A DNA stretch of 64,000 nt. It comes from Perkinsela sp. CCAP 1560/9 (Eukaryota; Protista; Euglenozoa: Kinetoplastea). Below the pieces are notes generated by a model. That model ran no database searches and was not told the origin of the DNA. It was given only the letters and a program-made list of their open reading frames with translations. The position numbers and the translations under genes were made by a program. The stretch is from the NCBI GenBank assembly GCA_965644495.1, contig CBFFSA010000001.1, forward strand, positions 1,984,001 through 2,048,000, given 5' to 3'. Each line of letters starts with the position of its first letter. The first letter of the stretch is position 1. Of the stretch, positions 42,561-53,610 are shown one piece after another.

Positions 42561-44486
42561 ATGGAAGTTTCAGAAACATCGCTTCAAGAATTTGTACATA
42601 GTTTAGAGTACGAAGAGTCAGTAGACCTTGCTCAGTTGTTGTACGCTTCGATTAGAAGTTCCGATTTTTTTCACTTGACTTGCCCTGCTTTTCCGTTCGG
42701 TGTGGTAGAATACTTCCTAGGGACAATTCTGCGCAATTTTGATCGAGTAAGTGAGGATAACGCATATCAAAAACGCATCGAGGTCTTCAAGCTGCTTATC
42801 TTTCACCCTTGGTTTTGCATTGGTCATTGGAAAATCGGGCCCTCTATTGATTTATGTAATAATTTGGGTCACATCCATCTCTATCACGCTCTTCTTCATT
42901 GGAGAGGATTAATGGAATACAGCATCCATTGTTGCACGAACAAGAGATGTCCTCATCGCTCTTCCGTTGTAGGTCAAGCTTCCGTATCAGTCCGAGAGGA
43001 CACATTACCTTTGTGGACTACCCTCGCCTTCCCACTTTATCCAATTTCTCATAGACTAGCCGTGCGGGTTTTGTTTTATGCCACTATAAACGAAATTCTG
43101 TCTGATCGTGCAGCTTATGAGATAGCGACATTTATGTCACCCTTGATTCTTCCCAACTCCTTTGTGTTTGAATCTTTGTCGAAGTCTTCACCAGAAATTT
43201 CTAGAACCAATCGGGAATATGGCACCTCTCCCCTACTCCCGAAGGGTTCTGTCCTTCCAACACCAATCGCAGAAGGAAGATCTGCTCAAACAAACCCACT
43301 TCTACACCAAAACTTGCTTGAGGAAAAAGTTGAGGGAATTGATATCTCTCAATCCTATGGTACACCTCTTCCAATACGACATATGGAGGGCAGCAGACGG
43401 AGTCTTCTTCCCTCGGGTGTAACAACGGTAAACAATTCTTCGGAATCAACGGAGATGCACTCCTTTGACAGGTCTAATATGGAAATCTCTGAAGAACCCC
43501 TCAAATCTCATGCGACACGTTCGTTTCACTTGGATCACCCGTCTCTGGTGGAGTACGGAATAGAAAGCTTAGGTGACAATACGTCGAGTATTGAGGTTCG
43601 CTGCCGAAAAACGAATACACTTGTAGACAAAGGAAAGCTTCTGGGGGTGAAGAACAAAAAACTCTATTGGGTACCAAATACGCTCCAGCACTTGAATAGT
43701 CACGCCGAACTTGGAACTCCACAATTCGTCCGAAGTAAACTTGTTATTCAACATATCACAGATGAAGATTGTCGCCAATCAAGGAATTTTAATAATAGTA
43801 CAGAGCGCGTTCTTTCTGGAGCTACTCCCTATACGCAATCAGATATATCTGGAGGAGCAATGCAGTTCAAAAGTGTTGAAGACGTTAACGAGACAGTGTC
43901 GGAACTCATCACTCCTAATGACAGCTCAGTAGGGCATTCCCCTTTATCTGCTTATGAATCCAATTCGTACCTTGAAGTCACCCAGTTCACTGATTATTCA
44001 CAAAGTGTCGATCGTAATTTTACTCCCTTGCCGAATGAAAGAGTAAAAACGGACAGGAAGACATCGCCATGGGAAAGACTTCACGAAGGTCGTGCGGAGA
44101 CCCTTTCTTCATTTCTTTCTCACCGTATGGTAAAAGGGAAAGAGTTGCGGTCCCTTTCGGAGGCTCTCGAAGAAGTGGCTGAATACAACGCTCCACTCAG
44201 TTTTCGTTGTAGGCTGGCGGCTGACGGCTTAGAGTCTCGATTGTTGGATGTGTCCGGAAAGGCAACTATGCCATACGGACTGTACTTTGGCCAACGTATC
44301 TGTCGCCCGTGGGGTTCGGCCACCGAAGCAGGGACAATACTCGGATTAGGGGAAGACAAGGCTCTTTGGTGGCTACCAGATTACAGTATCGGTATGGCTC
44401 GGCTTGCTCTTTCTCCGGAGCAAATTTCTCTATTAGTTAAGCCAAAAATTATCGGAGCCGCGATTCCTCGTGAATACGAAGAGTGA
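42561..44486 (+). CDS. Hypothetical protein
   Basis: About 640-aa ORF with two similar G.LLG....L.W.P segments. Confidence 0.65.
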   Translation: MEVSETSLQEFVHSLEYEESVDLAQLLYASIRSSDFFHLTCPAFPFGVVEYFLGTILRNFDRVSEDNAYQKRIEVFKLLIFHPWFCIGHWKIGPSIDLCNNLGHIHLYHALLHWRGLMEYSIHCCTNKRCPHRSSVVGQASVSVREDTLPLWTTLAFPLYPISHRLAVRVLFYATINEILSDRAAYEIATFMSPLILPNSFVFESLSKSSPEISRTNREYGTSPLLPKGSVLPTPIAEGRSAQTNPLLHQNLLEEKVEGIDISQSYGTPLPIRHMEGSRRSLLPSGVTTVNNSSESTEMHSFDRSNMEISEEPLKSHATRSFHLDHPSLVEYGIESLGDNTSSIEVRCRKTNTLVDKGKLLGVKNKKLYWVPNTLQHLNSHAELGTPQFVRSKLVIQHITDEDCRQSRNFNNSTERVLSGATPYTQSDISGGAMQFKSVEDVNETVSELITPNDSSVGHSPLSAYESNSYLEVTQFTDYSQSVDRNFTPLPNERVKTDRKTSPWERLHEGRAETLSSFLSHRMVKGKELRSLSEALEEVAEYNAPLSFRCRLAADGLESRLLDVSGKATMPYGLYFGQRICRPWGSATEAGTILGLGEDKALWWLPDYSIGMARLALSPEQISLLVKPKIIGAAIPREYEE

Positions 44487-44644
44487 TGCAAAGTATCATT
44501 GTGCACACATAACCAATCACAATTCCATTTTTCGTCTGTATTCCTTTACTACTTTTCCGTTCACAAAAAAAAATGCAACAAAAACTTTTTACAAGCATAA
44601 AAAGATTTTTTTCTTCATGTAAAGCACTATTCTCTCTCGTGTAC

Positions 44645-45961
44645 ATGCTACTCCGCATCTCCTCCTTCCGTACCCCCCTACGTATCGGTCATCCCTTTCA
44701 CACCCAACCCACACCACCCAACAAACCACATCCCCCAAAGCCCGCCCCATTCCATCCCAAACGACAGCAACAACAACAACCCCCTAACACCACAACCACC
44801 ACAACAACAACAACTCCTCCCCCTCCCCCCGAACCCCCACTGGCCTTCCTCACCCAACTCCAACACGGTGTCGAGGAACACACTGAACCCTACCCTTCCC
44901 TCTCGCTCCACAATTTCCTCTTCCCCAAAACCCTTTTCTCTACTTCTACAAGTACATCTCCTAGGTCCACAAGCACATCTACGAGCACATCTCCTAGGTC
45001 CACAAGTACATCTACAAGCACATCTCCTAGGTCCACAAGCACATCCACAAGTACATCTACAAGCACATCTACAAGCACATCTACAAGCACACCTACAAGC
45101 AGCACATTTACAAGTACGTCTCCTAGATCCACAAGTACATCCACAAGTGCACCTCCAAGTGCATCCACAAGCACATCTACCCGTACATCCACGAGCCCCC
45201 CCACAAGCCCCCCTCCCCCTCCACCCCCTAGATCCACACCCCCCTCCCCCCCTCCCCCCGACTTCCCCGTGATGCTCCCCCCACGCTGGTGCACCGCCCT
45301 CACCCACGCCGTGCACACCACCTTCCCCGGGCTCACCTTCACCCACAACCGCACCCTCCTGCAGGCCTTCATCCACCCCTCCTACTGCGGGCTGTCCGCA
45401 GCCCACACCGCCGCGGGTCTCGCCCCCGTGGGACGGGACCTGCTGCGGCTGCTGTACACCGCCTGGGTGGTACGGGCCAACCCGCACGGGGGTCTCGGGG
45501 AGGGGAGGGGGGGGGAGGGGGGACCCGAGCAGGTGGTGCGGGACCTGATGGGGACCGCGGTGCTGTGTGAGACCTGTGTGCGGGGGTGGGGGGGGTTGGG
45601 GGGGTGGGTGTTAAGTAATGAGGGGTTGTTTCGGCTGCCGAGGGCGTTTGAGCCGGGGAGTTGGAAGAAAGGGGAGGGGGGGGTGGGGGGGTGGAGACGG
45701 GGGAGGGAGGGGACGGTGTGGCATTATGTGAGGAGGAGGAGGAGGAGGGGGGGTGGGGGTGGGGGGTTGGAGAAGGGGGTGGAGGGGAGGGGGGAGAGTG
45801 GGGAAGAGGAGGAAGAGGATCCGGTACCTGTGGAGGAAACGTTGGTCCTGGCCTTTCTGGGTGGGTTGTATTACGATCAAGGTCTCCCAGCTGTTGTTGA
45901 TTTTGTGCAAAAGTACATGCAAAAGCACGCGCTTGCGTTCTTGTTAGAGAGGGACGCATAG
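44645..45961 (+). CDS. RNase III-like domain protein, probably non-catalytic and mitochondrial (mL57/mL44-like)
   Basis: LLQAFIHPSY, LAPVGRDLL (in place of the LEFLGD signature), AFLGGLYYDQG; MLLRISSFR presequence. Confidence 0.6.
   Translation: MLLRISSFRTPLRIGHPFHTQPTPPNKPHPPKPAPFHPKRQQQQQPPNTTTTTTTTTPPPPPEPPLAFLTQLQHGVEEHTEPYPSLSLHNFLFPKTLFSTSTSTSPRSTSTSTSTSPRSTSTSTSTSPRSTSTSTSTSTSTSTSTSTSTPTSSTFTSTSPRSTSTSTSAPPSASTSTSTRTSTSPPTSPPPPPPPRSTPPSPPPPDFPVMLPPRWCTALTHAVHTTFPGLTFTHNRTLLQAFIHPSYCGLSAAHTAAGLAPVGRDLLRLLYTAWVVRANPHGGLGEGRGGEGGPEQVVRDLMGTAVLCETCVRGWGGLGGWVLSNEGLFRLPRAFEPGSWKKGEGGVGGWRRGREGTVWHYVRRRRRRGGGGGGLEKGVEGRGESGEEEEEDPVPVEETLVLAFLGGLYYDQGLPAVVDFVQKYMQKHALAFLLERDA
44946..45200 (+). 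repeat. Coding Ser/Thr tandem repeat (12- and 33-bp units)
   Basis: acaagcacatct and acaagtacatctcctaggtcc units encoding STSTSTSPR. Confidence 0.9.
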
Positions 45962-46373
45962 GCGAAGCTCATCAAGTGAGTGGATATCTTTGGTATGATT
46001 GGTCCGAAAGCGACGAAGAGATGGTTGGACTTCGACACGAATACGACACGTAGAGTGAGCCGCTTTTGTGATTTACTGGCGTCAGTCGTATCAGGGCAGA
46101 GGTTTTTCCTCCAAAGCACTCGTGTACATAGCAATGTTTAGCGTGGGCATGTGCCTGCATTTTCTCGATGTCAGCTTTCTTGTACGTCTGCATGCACTAT
46201 GCACTGGATGGAATCTCAAACGATGCATTCATTCGCCAATATGCTCCTCTATCGAAGTAGAAGGTGTTCTTTTCTTTTCTCACAAGGTGTAGATTTATCA
46301 TGAATAAAAAATGTACCCCGACGTACACAATTTTTTCTTTGTCCATCAACTCTCTTTTTACAGAAAATCATTC

Positions 46374-48647
46374 ATGCAACAACCGGGTGCTCAACTGTCG
46401 TCCAGTCCCGGGCACCCCTATCTCTCCCGTGTTCGCTATTCCTTCCTCGTTTACCTCCTGTGGTTTCTCTTCCAACGGCGCCAGTTACGGTCCTATGCCG
46501 CGGCCCACCTCGGTAGCATGGGTCTCTCCGCCGACAAGCTCTTCACCCCCAACTTTCTCCCCTCCCTCCGTCGCATCGCCTCCATTGCCCTCCCCACCTG
46601 GCGCAGCCGCGAGGGTTTCAGCACCGCAACCTTCATCGCTCTCTTCTTCCTCAAAGCCTACCTCGTCGTCCAACGCAGTGTCATGGACGGGGCCGTCCTG
46701 GAAGCCTTCCTGGCCGGCACCCACCGTCTCGTCGCCGTACTCAACTACGTCGGGTTCAGTCTCCTCGGGGCCGTCGTGAACGGGGCCATCCAGCACGTCC
46801 GCTACACCCTGATCGCGGCCTACCGTCTTCGCCTCACCACACACTTCCACGCGCGTTACCTCAACCACTCCATCTTCTACTACGGCACCGTCCTGGACGA
46901 CCGCATCCGTTCCCCCGATGTGGTCCTTACGAAATACTGCCATGAGTTTGCCGAGCACTTTGCCGAGCTCCCGTATTATTTTCTCATGCCGCTGTTAGAG
47001 GCCACCTCCTCGTTGTACATTGTGGGGCGGGAGCTCGGGGTGGGCACCGCGGCAGCGATTACCGCAATGGTGCTGGTCTCGCTACGCACGCTGCGGGTGC
47101 TTACCCCACCGTTTGGGAAGATTCACTCCGGACTGCTGCATGCCGAGGAGACGTTTAGACGGCACCACACGGAGCTGGCTGTGAATACGGAGCAGATTGC
47201 GTTGCAGCATGGTGGGGGGTTTCTTCGTCGGCGGCTGGACCAGGCTTGTGGGAAGGTGTGCGGGATGATGCGGCATATGGCACTCGCCCGGGGGTATTTT
47301 GTCGGGGTCGAGATGGCTATGATTACGTTGTGGAATACCGTGGGGTTTCTGGCGTGTGGGCTAACGTGGGGAGGAGAAGGGAAGATTACCCAACAGGATT
47401 CGGCGAATGCGTTGCGTACGTTTGTGGTGCATCGACATTTGATACGTAATTTTCACTCCGCGGTGAAGAAGTTGGCACTGAATTTGAAGGAGATTTCGCA
47501 TTTAACGGAGTTCACCAATAAACTTGCGGAGTTTGACACCGTGTTGTCGAGTCTCGCTCGTGGGGAATTTCACAAGCATGTCACGACGCCGGTACAACAG
47601 GAATCGGAAGAGACCGGTGGGGACTTGCCGTACAATTGGTCGCAATCCCTGCCTGATCTCACTTCCCCATCGGAGATCACGGAGCCGAAAATCGGGCAAT
47701 CCACCTTTGAGACGGACATGGAGCCCGACGAACTTATTTGCGCTTATGACATTGATGTTGTCACTCCGGCCCGAAACATTCTCGTACATGACCTTACGTT
47801 ACACATCCGTAGAGGAGAGAACTGGGTTATTACCGGGCCGAACGGGGCAGGAAAGAGCTCCTTGGTACGCATGCTTGCTGGTCTATGGTTCCCCGCGAAA
47901 GGGGCGATTCGCGTGCACCCCTTGGTCGACTTTTTTGTTCTCCCCCAGCAAGCTCTTATGGTCGCCGGATGCACACTTTTGGACCAAGTTATCTTTCCAG
48001 ATTATATTGTGCCCCAAGGGGAGGAGCATAGCTCGACGGAGCCGTGCGCGGTGGTGCATCCACCTGGAGCATTTGAGCTCGCAAGCCCTTCCCTCTCCCC
48101 CTCCGCTTCGGATCCCACCACATATAGCCCCGCAAGTTCCCCCATCGTACTCCGGGAGGATACAATGGAGAGTCGTGGGGCCCGAGGCGTGCGTCTGGAC
48201 GAGGATCTCGTCTCCCGTGTGAAGCAGGCACTGGAAATTTCCACCGGAATGTCGATTGTTCCAGAGGTGTTCGGAAACTGGACTCATCCAAGTGCGGGTC
48301 TCGCTGCCTCACCGGACCTCAACTTCGAGTGGTCATCCCTGAGTGGAGGACAGCAACAAAAAGTGGCCCTCGCTCGTATGTTTTATCACGGCAGGAGGTC
48401 TGTGGACCATGGTCGAATTCCTGTGGTGGTGATGGATGAGTCCACCTCTCAAATGGATTTCGATGCCGAAGAGAAGCTATTCAAAAACCTTGCGACCTCA
48501 AATATACAACTTATTTCCTTAACACACCGTCCGGAGGTAATGAAATATCATGAGCGTGTGCTAATTTTGGATCGTGAATCTCACGGATGGAAAGTACGAC
48601 ACATGTCCGCAGACAATCGATCCATTTCACCTGCGCGAGCTAAATAA
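46374..48647 (+). CDS. ABCD-family (peroxisomal/glycosomal GAT-like) half transporter
   Basis: YRLRLTTHFHARYL, DDRIRSPD, EQIAL..GG, GPNGAGKS, LSGGQQQK, MDESTS, THRP; ATG 46374 follows tttttacAG. Confidence 0.88.
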   Translation: MQQPGAQLSSSPGHPYLSRVRYSFLVYLLWFLFQRRQLRSYAAAHLGSMGLSADKLFTPNFLPSLRRIASIALPTWRSREGFSTATFIALFFLKAYLVVQRSVMDGAVLEAFLAGTHRLVAVLNYVGFSLLGAVVNGAIQHVRYTLIAAYRLRLTTHFHARYLNHSIFYYGTVLDDRIRSPDVVLTKYCHEFAEHFAELPYYFLMPLLEATSSLYIVGRELGVGTAAAITAMVLVSLRTLRVLTPPFGKIHSGLLHAEETFRRHHTELAVNTEQIALQHGGGFLRRRLDQACGKVCGMMRHMALARGYFVGVEMAMITLWNTVGFLACGLTWGGEGKITQQDSANALRTFVVHRHLIRNFHSAVKKLALNLKEISHLTEFTNKLAEFDTVLSSLARGEFHKHVTTPVQQESEETGGDLPYNWSQSLPDLTSPSEITEPKIGQSTFETDMEPDELICAYDIDVVTPARNILVHDLTLHIRRGENWVITGPNGAGKSSLVRMLAGLWFPAKGAIRVHPLVDFFVLPQQALMVAGCTLLDQVIFPDYIVPQGEEHSSTEPCAVVHPPGAFELASPSLSPSASDPTTYSPASSPIVLREDTMESRGARGVRLDEDLVSRVKQALEISTGMSIVPEVFGNWTHPSAGLAASPDLNFEWSSLSGGQQQKVALARMFYHGRRSVDHGRIPVVVMDESTSQMDFDAEEKLFKNLATSNIQLISLTHRPEVMKYHERVLILDRESHGWKVRHMSADNRSISPARAK

Positions 48648-48947
48648 ATAGTTTGTGTCATTCATACAAATTCGCTTTTTATCAATTTGACTGCACGTAG
48701 GCAGGTGTAAATTTCTTATGTTAATTGTTAACAAACCTAATAATAATTGGGCGTGTCAAGTTCTTGCTTGCAGATATCTGTTTTTAAAATCAGTTTTCAA
48801 CTAATACAGTGTTCTATAGAATTTGAACGTACTTCTCGTTGAAGCGTCTGTACTAATTTTTTTATTAAAATATCATTGAAAATACAATTAAAGAAAAATA
48901 GGACCTGAAAATAGCACGTGCGCAAATTGTTAATGTGTTACATGTAG

Positions 48948-50081
48948 ATGAAAACTGGAGTTAATTTCAATTCTTCGAGCGGAGCCTCTCGCTCTTCTGG
49001 GCGTATTACTCCGCTTTCAAGGTCTGTGGGGCCAACGAATCTTTCTTCTTCGAGAAAGGAATTTCCCTATATTTGCAGAAGATCACCAAATACTGAACAC
49101 ACCAATTTACTGAGTTCGAACAATAAGATTTCCAATTTTGAGACTAAAGGTGAGATGAGATCTGTAAGATCAGCTGATACGTTGATTGCCACTCAAGCTA
49201 CTAGAGTTAGAGTGCAAGAAAATAGACTTTCTTCGGATAACGTCATTCGTGTCCGCGTTGGTTTAGGAGCAGAATCGATTCATAAGAGTCCTAGAGTTTC
49301 CCTCAAGCGGTCGAGTAGCAGCTCTTTTGGAACTCCATATCTTCAAAGCCCAGTCTATTCATCAACGCCAAAGAGTACACTCTCGTCCCCGAACAGTGAT
49401 TACGGCAATCCACCTTCTCCATGGATTCGAGAAGGTCTTCCTGCGCATCGTACCAAGATGCGAATGTCACTTCTTTCTGCATTGCAGAAATCGCGATCAT
49501 GCGATTCTTTAAACACGCCAGAGGGGACGAATACTGATCGCATTCAAACCCCCATATTGCGTGGGAATATGGACGAGTCTCCGAATTCCGAAACTCTAAG
49601 CACTGATTCTCTCCGTACTCCAATAAATCGTTTGTCGCAGCTCACAACGGCCAGCACTCCTCCAAATTCACACCTTCATGTTGTAGTGGCTCAAATAGAA
49701 ATGGCATTGCAGTCGCTTCCTTCAGGCAGAGTTCTATCCCAATTTCGAACCCTTCATTTTAATCTAAACGATGACAAAAACGAAGACTTGCGCACGGCTG
49801 TGCTGGATAGAACACTTGATTCAGAAAAACTGGTACGCATGACAAGTGCTGAGCTAGCCAACCCCGATCTCCGCGTGGCTCGCAAGGCGAACGTCGAGGC
49901 GCACTTAGATCGTATTAATACAAAAAATCACAAGGTGGGGACTAGAACAACTTTTTTTACATGCAGCAAGTGCCACGGTAATGATACAACGTTTTACGAA
50001 ATGCAAACTGCTAGCGCAGATGAGCCAAGCACTAAGTTCGTGACGTGCCTAAATTGCGGAAAGTCGTGGAAGTTTCGTTAG
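48948..50081 (+). CDS. TFIIS: Transcription elongation factor TFIIS-like
   Basis: FNLNDDKNEDLR, LVRMTSAELA, CSKC...QTASADEP...CLNCGKSWKF. Confidence 0.9.
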   Translation: MKTGVNFNSSSGASRSSGRITPLSRSVGPTNLSSSRKEFPYICRRSPNTEHTNLLSSNNKISNFETKGEMRSVRSADTLIATQATRVRVQENRLSSDNVIRVRVGLGAESIHKSPRVSLKRSSSSSFGTPYLQSPVYSSTPKSTLSSPNSDYGNPPSPWIREGLPAHRTKMRMSLLSALQKSRSCDSLNTPEGTNTDRIQTPILRGNMDESPNSETLSTDSLRTPINRLSQLTTASTPPNSHLHVVVAQIEMALQSLPSGRVLSQFRTLHFNLNDDKNEDLRTAVLDRTLDSEKLVRMTSAELANPDLRVARKANVEAHLDRINTKNHKVGTRTTFFTCSKCHGNDTTFYEMQTASADEPSTKFVTCLNCGKSWKFR

Positions 50082-50517
50082 GGTTCCGTTAAGCACTATT
50101 GAGAATCTAAAAAAATGATCTCTTGAACTTCCTTTAGAGAGTAACATCTTGATCTTCCGCGCGAACACTCGTGTTTGGGCATATTTCATAGAACGTCAAG
50201 ATGTGTATATGATTTGAAATGCGTGAAACATACCTGATACTTTGTACATGATATTTTTCCTTACGAATTTGAATGGGAGAACTAAATGACCTCTGTAGTA
50301 CTCTTGTGTCCCAATATTTCTTAAGTAATACAGTAAGATTCGCATAGTAAGATAAGTCGGAAACTGTAAGAAACTTCTGTGGATGAAAACTTAAAATTTA
50401 GCAGGAATTTTATTTATTTTGAAGCAAATAGTTTTAAATCGGAGCATAATATATTTTGAAAGGAAAAGAGGTTGATATGCTCACAGCACTTCAGACAGCG
50501 CAATTTAAATAAATCGA

Positions 50518-53211
50518 ATGGAAGGCTCAGAAACCTTGGATAAAAGTTTAGAAAAAGTTCCGCTGCGACCCTCGAGAATCATCAAGGAGCCTATAAGGTG
50601 TTGTGCATCTAGGAAATGCATTGGGCGGCATCAGCTTGACGAATCCACTGTTTTCCGTCGGCCGCGTTCGAAAACATGGGCGCTTCTCCGAGCTCCGGGA
50701 CAAGCCGGTTGTCTGCTTCCTGTGCGTGAGGTCTCACGGCAAGCCGAGACGCCGTGCTCCACGCTCTATTTCGATTCCACGCGAAATTTCGCCTCCTTGT
50801 CGCTCCGTACGCCTTCTCCGGAGATGCAATCCACAGAGGTTAGCTCCCCACAGTTCTCTCCGTTCCCGTGTGATCCGGAAAACGACAGCCATGCACGTTC
50901 TTCTCGTAAGGCTGTAGTCTCCTACAGCTACCGCCGGAGTTGTCGTTTAGGTCGAGCCCTGGTACACACCTTAGGGTCTCCTCGTGAGACATGCACCTCC
51001 TCGTTGTCACAATCGAATCCCAGTGGGATTAGTCCAATACGAAGTGGGGGGACGCAGCCGCAACGATTGGAGTCCTGCTCTCATACAGCAGCGGTTAGAT
51101 CAAAGAAGCCTTTTATCCCCTCGCTGGCGACTTCCTCGGGGTTGAGTGGTTCCGTGGTCTCCTCTTCGGGTTATGATCCCGGTCAGTTTTCCTCTCCCGA
51201 GTGTAAAGGGCTTACACTACGCAGTACGCGTAGTAGCGCAACCACGACAGAACGTGAAACACGAAAATCGAGAGAGAAATCTGATACACAATCCGGAACT
51301 GAACACACGGTGGCCCATCGGCTATTTCCCTCTGATATGAATGGTGTGGAATCTCCCATAAAGGTAAAGAGTACCGATGGAGAATCGTCGGCCATAACCC
51401 TTCATTGCGCACAATCGAAGAGGGAATTGTTAGTTGTGGGAAAAGAGGTGGCCTCAGTGGCGCACCATAGCAAGATTTCGAATCTATTTTTAGACACAAC
51501 TTCACATGAGGATGACACAGAAGTGCCAGGTCAGAGTGATTTGAGTCTTTGCACTAATTTTGTCAAAGAACTCGTGGACACGTTTGGAGAAAAGACACAA
51601 CCTGAAGAAAAGATAGTAGAGAACTCGCCTTCTCAGAAATCATTGAAAACAGTAATCACGACGCAGCAGGGCTGCGAATCAGCAGAATATAGCTTTTCTG
51701 ACTGTCGTGATACAGTGCGACCGTTAGAGGCAAGGAGCATTGGGGGATCATCTGCCGCCTCGAAAAATTGGCGAGATATTTCTTTGGAGCCGAACTTGAA
51801 TTCTTCCTCTTTACACACTACTTACCCTCTACCTGACAGCTTTTCGTTGGCATTACGACATCACATGTGGAACACGCTTGCAATCATACCGTGCGGAGCA
51901 CATGTGTATTTTACCGCATTTTCTCATCTTCTTACACTCATGCGAGACGTACGTTGGCTCGCAGTAAACTGTCCTAGAGGAATTTCGAATGCCTTGACAC
52001 GCGCCACCAATGGAGTCATATTCCTAACTGTAAAATGTGCTTCTTCGGAGGTTTGGAAAGATGTCATGTCTCGGGTTTGCCACGTCAGTGACGCACACTC
52101 GCGCCACACACTTTTTCGCACAGAACACTATGTAATTAGTGTCCTAGGGTGGAATCTTAGACCACGAACTTTACTTAGCAGTTACGAGGTTGTGCGTGAT
52201 CGCTATCTTGAGACGCGCTGCTTTCACTCCCCTTTGCAATGTAAGGCATCTCTGAGAAGCAACGAGGTAAGTTCTGTACCGCAAGATCTCTCAACCGCAA
52301 TAGAAGATAGAGATGCAGCTTGCGAGGAAACAAGCAATGAATCTGGTGAAAGAACTGTTGAAAGCATAAAACTTTGTCCGTGCCACACGGCAAAGGAAAC
52401 TATTTGCGAGGCTGATTGGATGAGGATCTTTATTTTATCTGAAACGGTTATGGCGTTTTGTCCCCACAGCATCCTGATGCATGATATTGACGGGGGATAC
52501 GAGCGCCTCTTGCAAGTAAGTGCCGAAACATTCTCGAACGTGATGCTGCACAAAGAAGGCTTTGCAGAGCGGGTACAAGATAATTTTACATTGGAATCGT
52601 ATACTTTACACGGTGTCACGAAATTATGTCTGGTCTTCCTGCAAATATTGACTGGACAACGCATGGATCACTCGATATTAAATCATGAATCAACAATGCC
52701 AGTGTCGCTCGCTTCGTCCGAAACAAAGCTCTCAATGGATCATTTTGAATCCATGGCCTCACACAGCATTTGTGTCGGCGGACTTTCCATGCACGATTTT
52801 CCCTCCCTTATGTCGTGGCTCTTTAAAGAACTCAAAGTATGTCTAGCGTTTCCTCCTACAGGAAATGTTCAGTCGGCAGCTTCGATCTCTCCGGGACGAG
52901 AGTCAGGAAGCGCCGCTTCACCATTGACTTGTAGAATTGTGCATTCACCAATGCACAGCGCACAGCCCCAGGATGTGGACCCTTTGAACAATGAAATTAC
53001 CAAGCCAGTGACAAGACTGAACGAAACTCAATTTCAGACTCCACCACTGCGAGCGCAGGTAGCGAATAATATACAGGTGGGCTTGCACGCCGAATACCCC
53101 ATGCCAGTATGTATCACGTGGCTTTCATTTTGCCAATACGCTGCCGTATCATGGATGGATGCAACCCGAGTGGCCTCTCAAACCAAGCGCTCGTCGACTG
53201 TGTGCCCATAA
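50518..53211 (+). CDS. Hypothetical Ser-rich protein
   Basis: 897-aa ORF; no motif recognised. Confidence 0.65.
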   Translation: MEGSETLDKSLEKVPLRPSRIIKEPIRCCASRKCIGRHQLDESTVFRRPRSKTWALLRAPGQAGCLLPVREVSRQAETPCSTLYFDSTRNFASLSLRTPSPEMQSTEVSSPQFSPFPCDPENDSHARSSRKAVVSYSYRRSCRLGRALVHTLGSPRETCTSSLSQSNPSGISPIRSGGTQPQRLESCSHTAAVRSKKPFIPSLATSSGLSGSVVSSSGYDPGQFSSPECKGLTLRSTRSSATTTERETRKSREKSDTQSGTEHTVAHRLFPSDMNGVESPIKVKSTDGESSAITLHCAQSKRELLVVGKEVASVAHHSKISNLFLDTTSHEDDTEVPGQSDLSLCTNFVKELVDTFGEKTQPEEKIVENSPSQKSLKTVITTQQGCESAEYSFSDCRDTVRPLEARSIGGSSAASKNWRDISLEPNLNSSSLHTTYPLPDSFSLALRHHMWNTLAIIPCGAHVYFTAFSHLLTLMRDVRWLAVNCPRGISNALTRATNGVIFLTVKCASSEVWKDVMSRVCHVSDAHSRHTLFRTEHYVISVLGWNLRPRTLLSSYEVVRDRYLETRCFHSPLQCKASLRSNEVSSVPQDLSTAIEDRDAACEETSNESGERTVESIKLCPCHTAKETICEADWMRIFILSETVMAFCPHSILMHDIDGGYERLLQVSAETFSNVMLHKEGFAERVQDNFTLESYTLHGVTKLCLVFLQILTGQRMDHSILNHESTMPVSLASSETKLSMDHFESMASHSICVGGLSMHDFPSLMSWLFKELKVCLAFPPTGNVQSAASISPGRESGSAASPLTCRIVHSPMHSAQPQDVDPLNNEITKPVTRLNETQFQTPPLRAQVANNIQVGLHAEYPMPVCITWLSFCQYAAVSWMDATRVASQTKRSSTVCP

Positions 53212-53610
53212 TTCCGTGTCACATACAGAGCACATATAGTTAAAGGTGGTCCTTTTATCTAATGTAAGAAACATTAAGTTGGAACACGAACGTGCATATT
53301 CAAAAAACTGAAAGGCGCATTCTTTCTTTGTAAACAGCATCTATTTATGAAGGTGTAACGCATTTGAGCCCCTGTTCTTAAACACTTTCTACTATTCTTT
53401 GTGGTTCTTCTGTATACTGATACAATTTTGAGTTGAACAAAGCTTTTTTTTCGAACCTTCTGAGATTAATTTTGTCTTTTAGGTATTAAAGTTCTTCATA
53501 GGCATTTTTGTTTTTACTTTGTACTTCAAAGAACTTGGCGCACTCGCTGCTTCACAGCGGAGTTATGCGTTATACGTGGTGAATCCCTACATCTGAAATG
53601 ATCGCAAAGC

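Noticed and set aside
12670-45460. CTGTAC near the centre of three skew islands as a shared motif
   Set aside because: Explained by in-frame Leu-Tyr codons and absent from the other centres.
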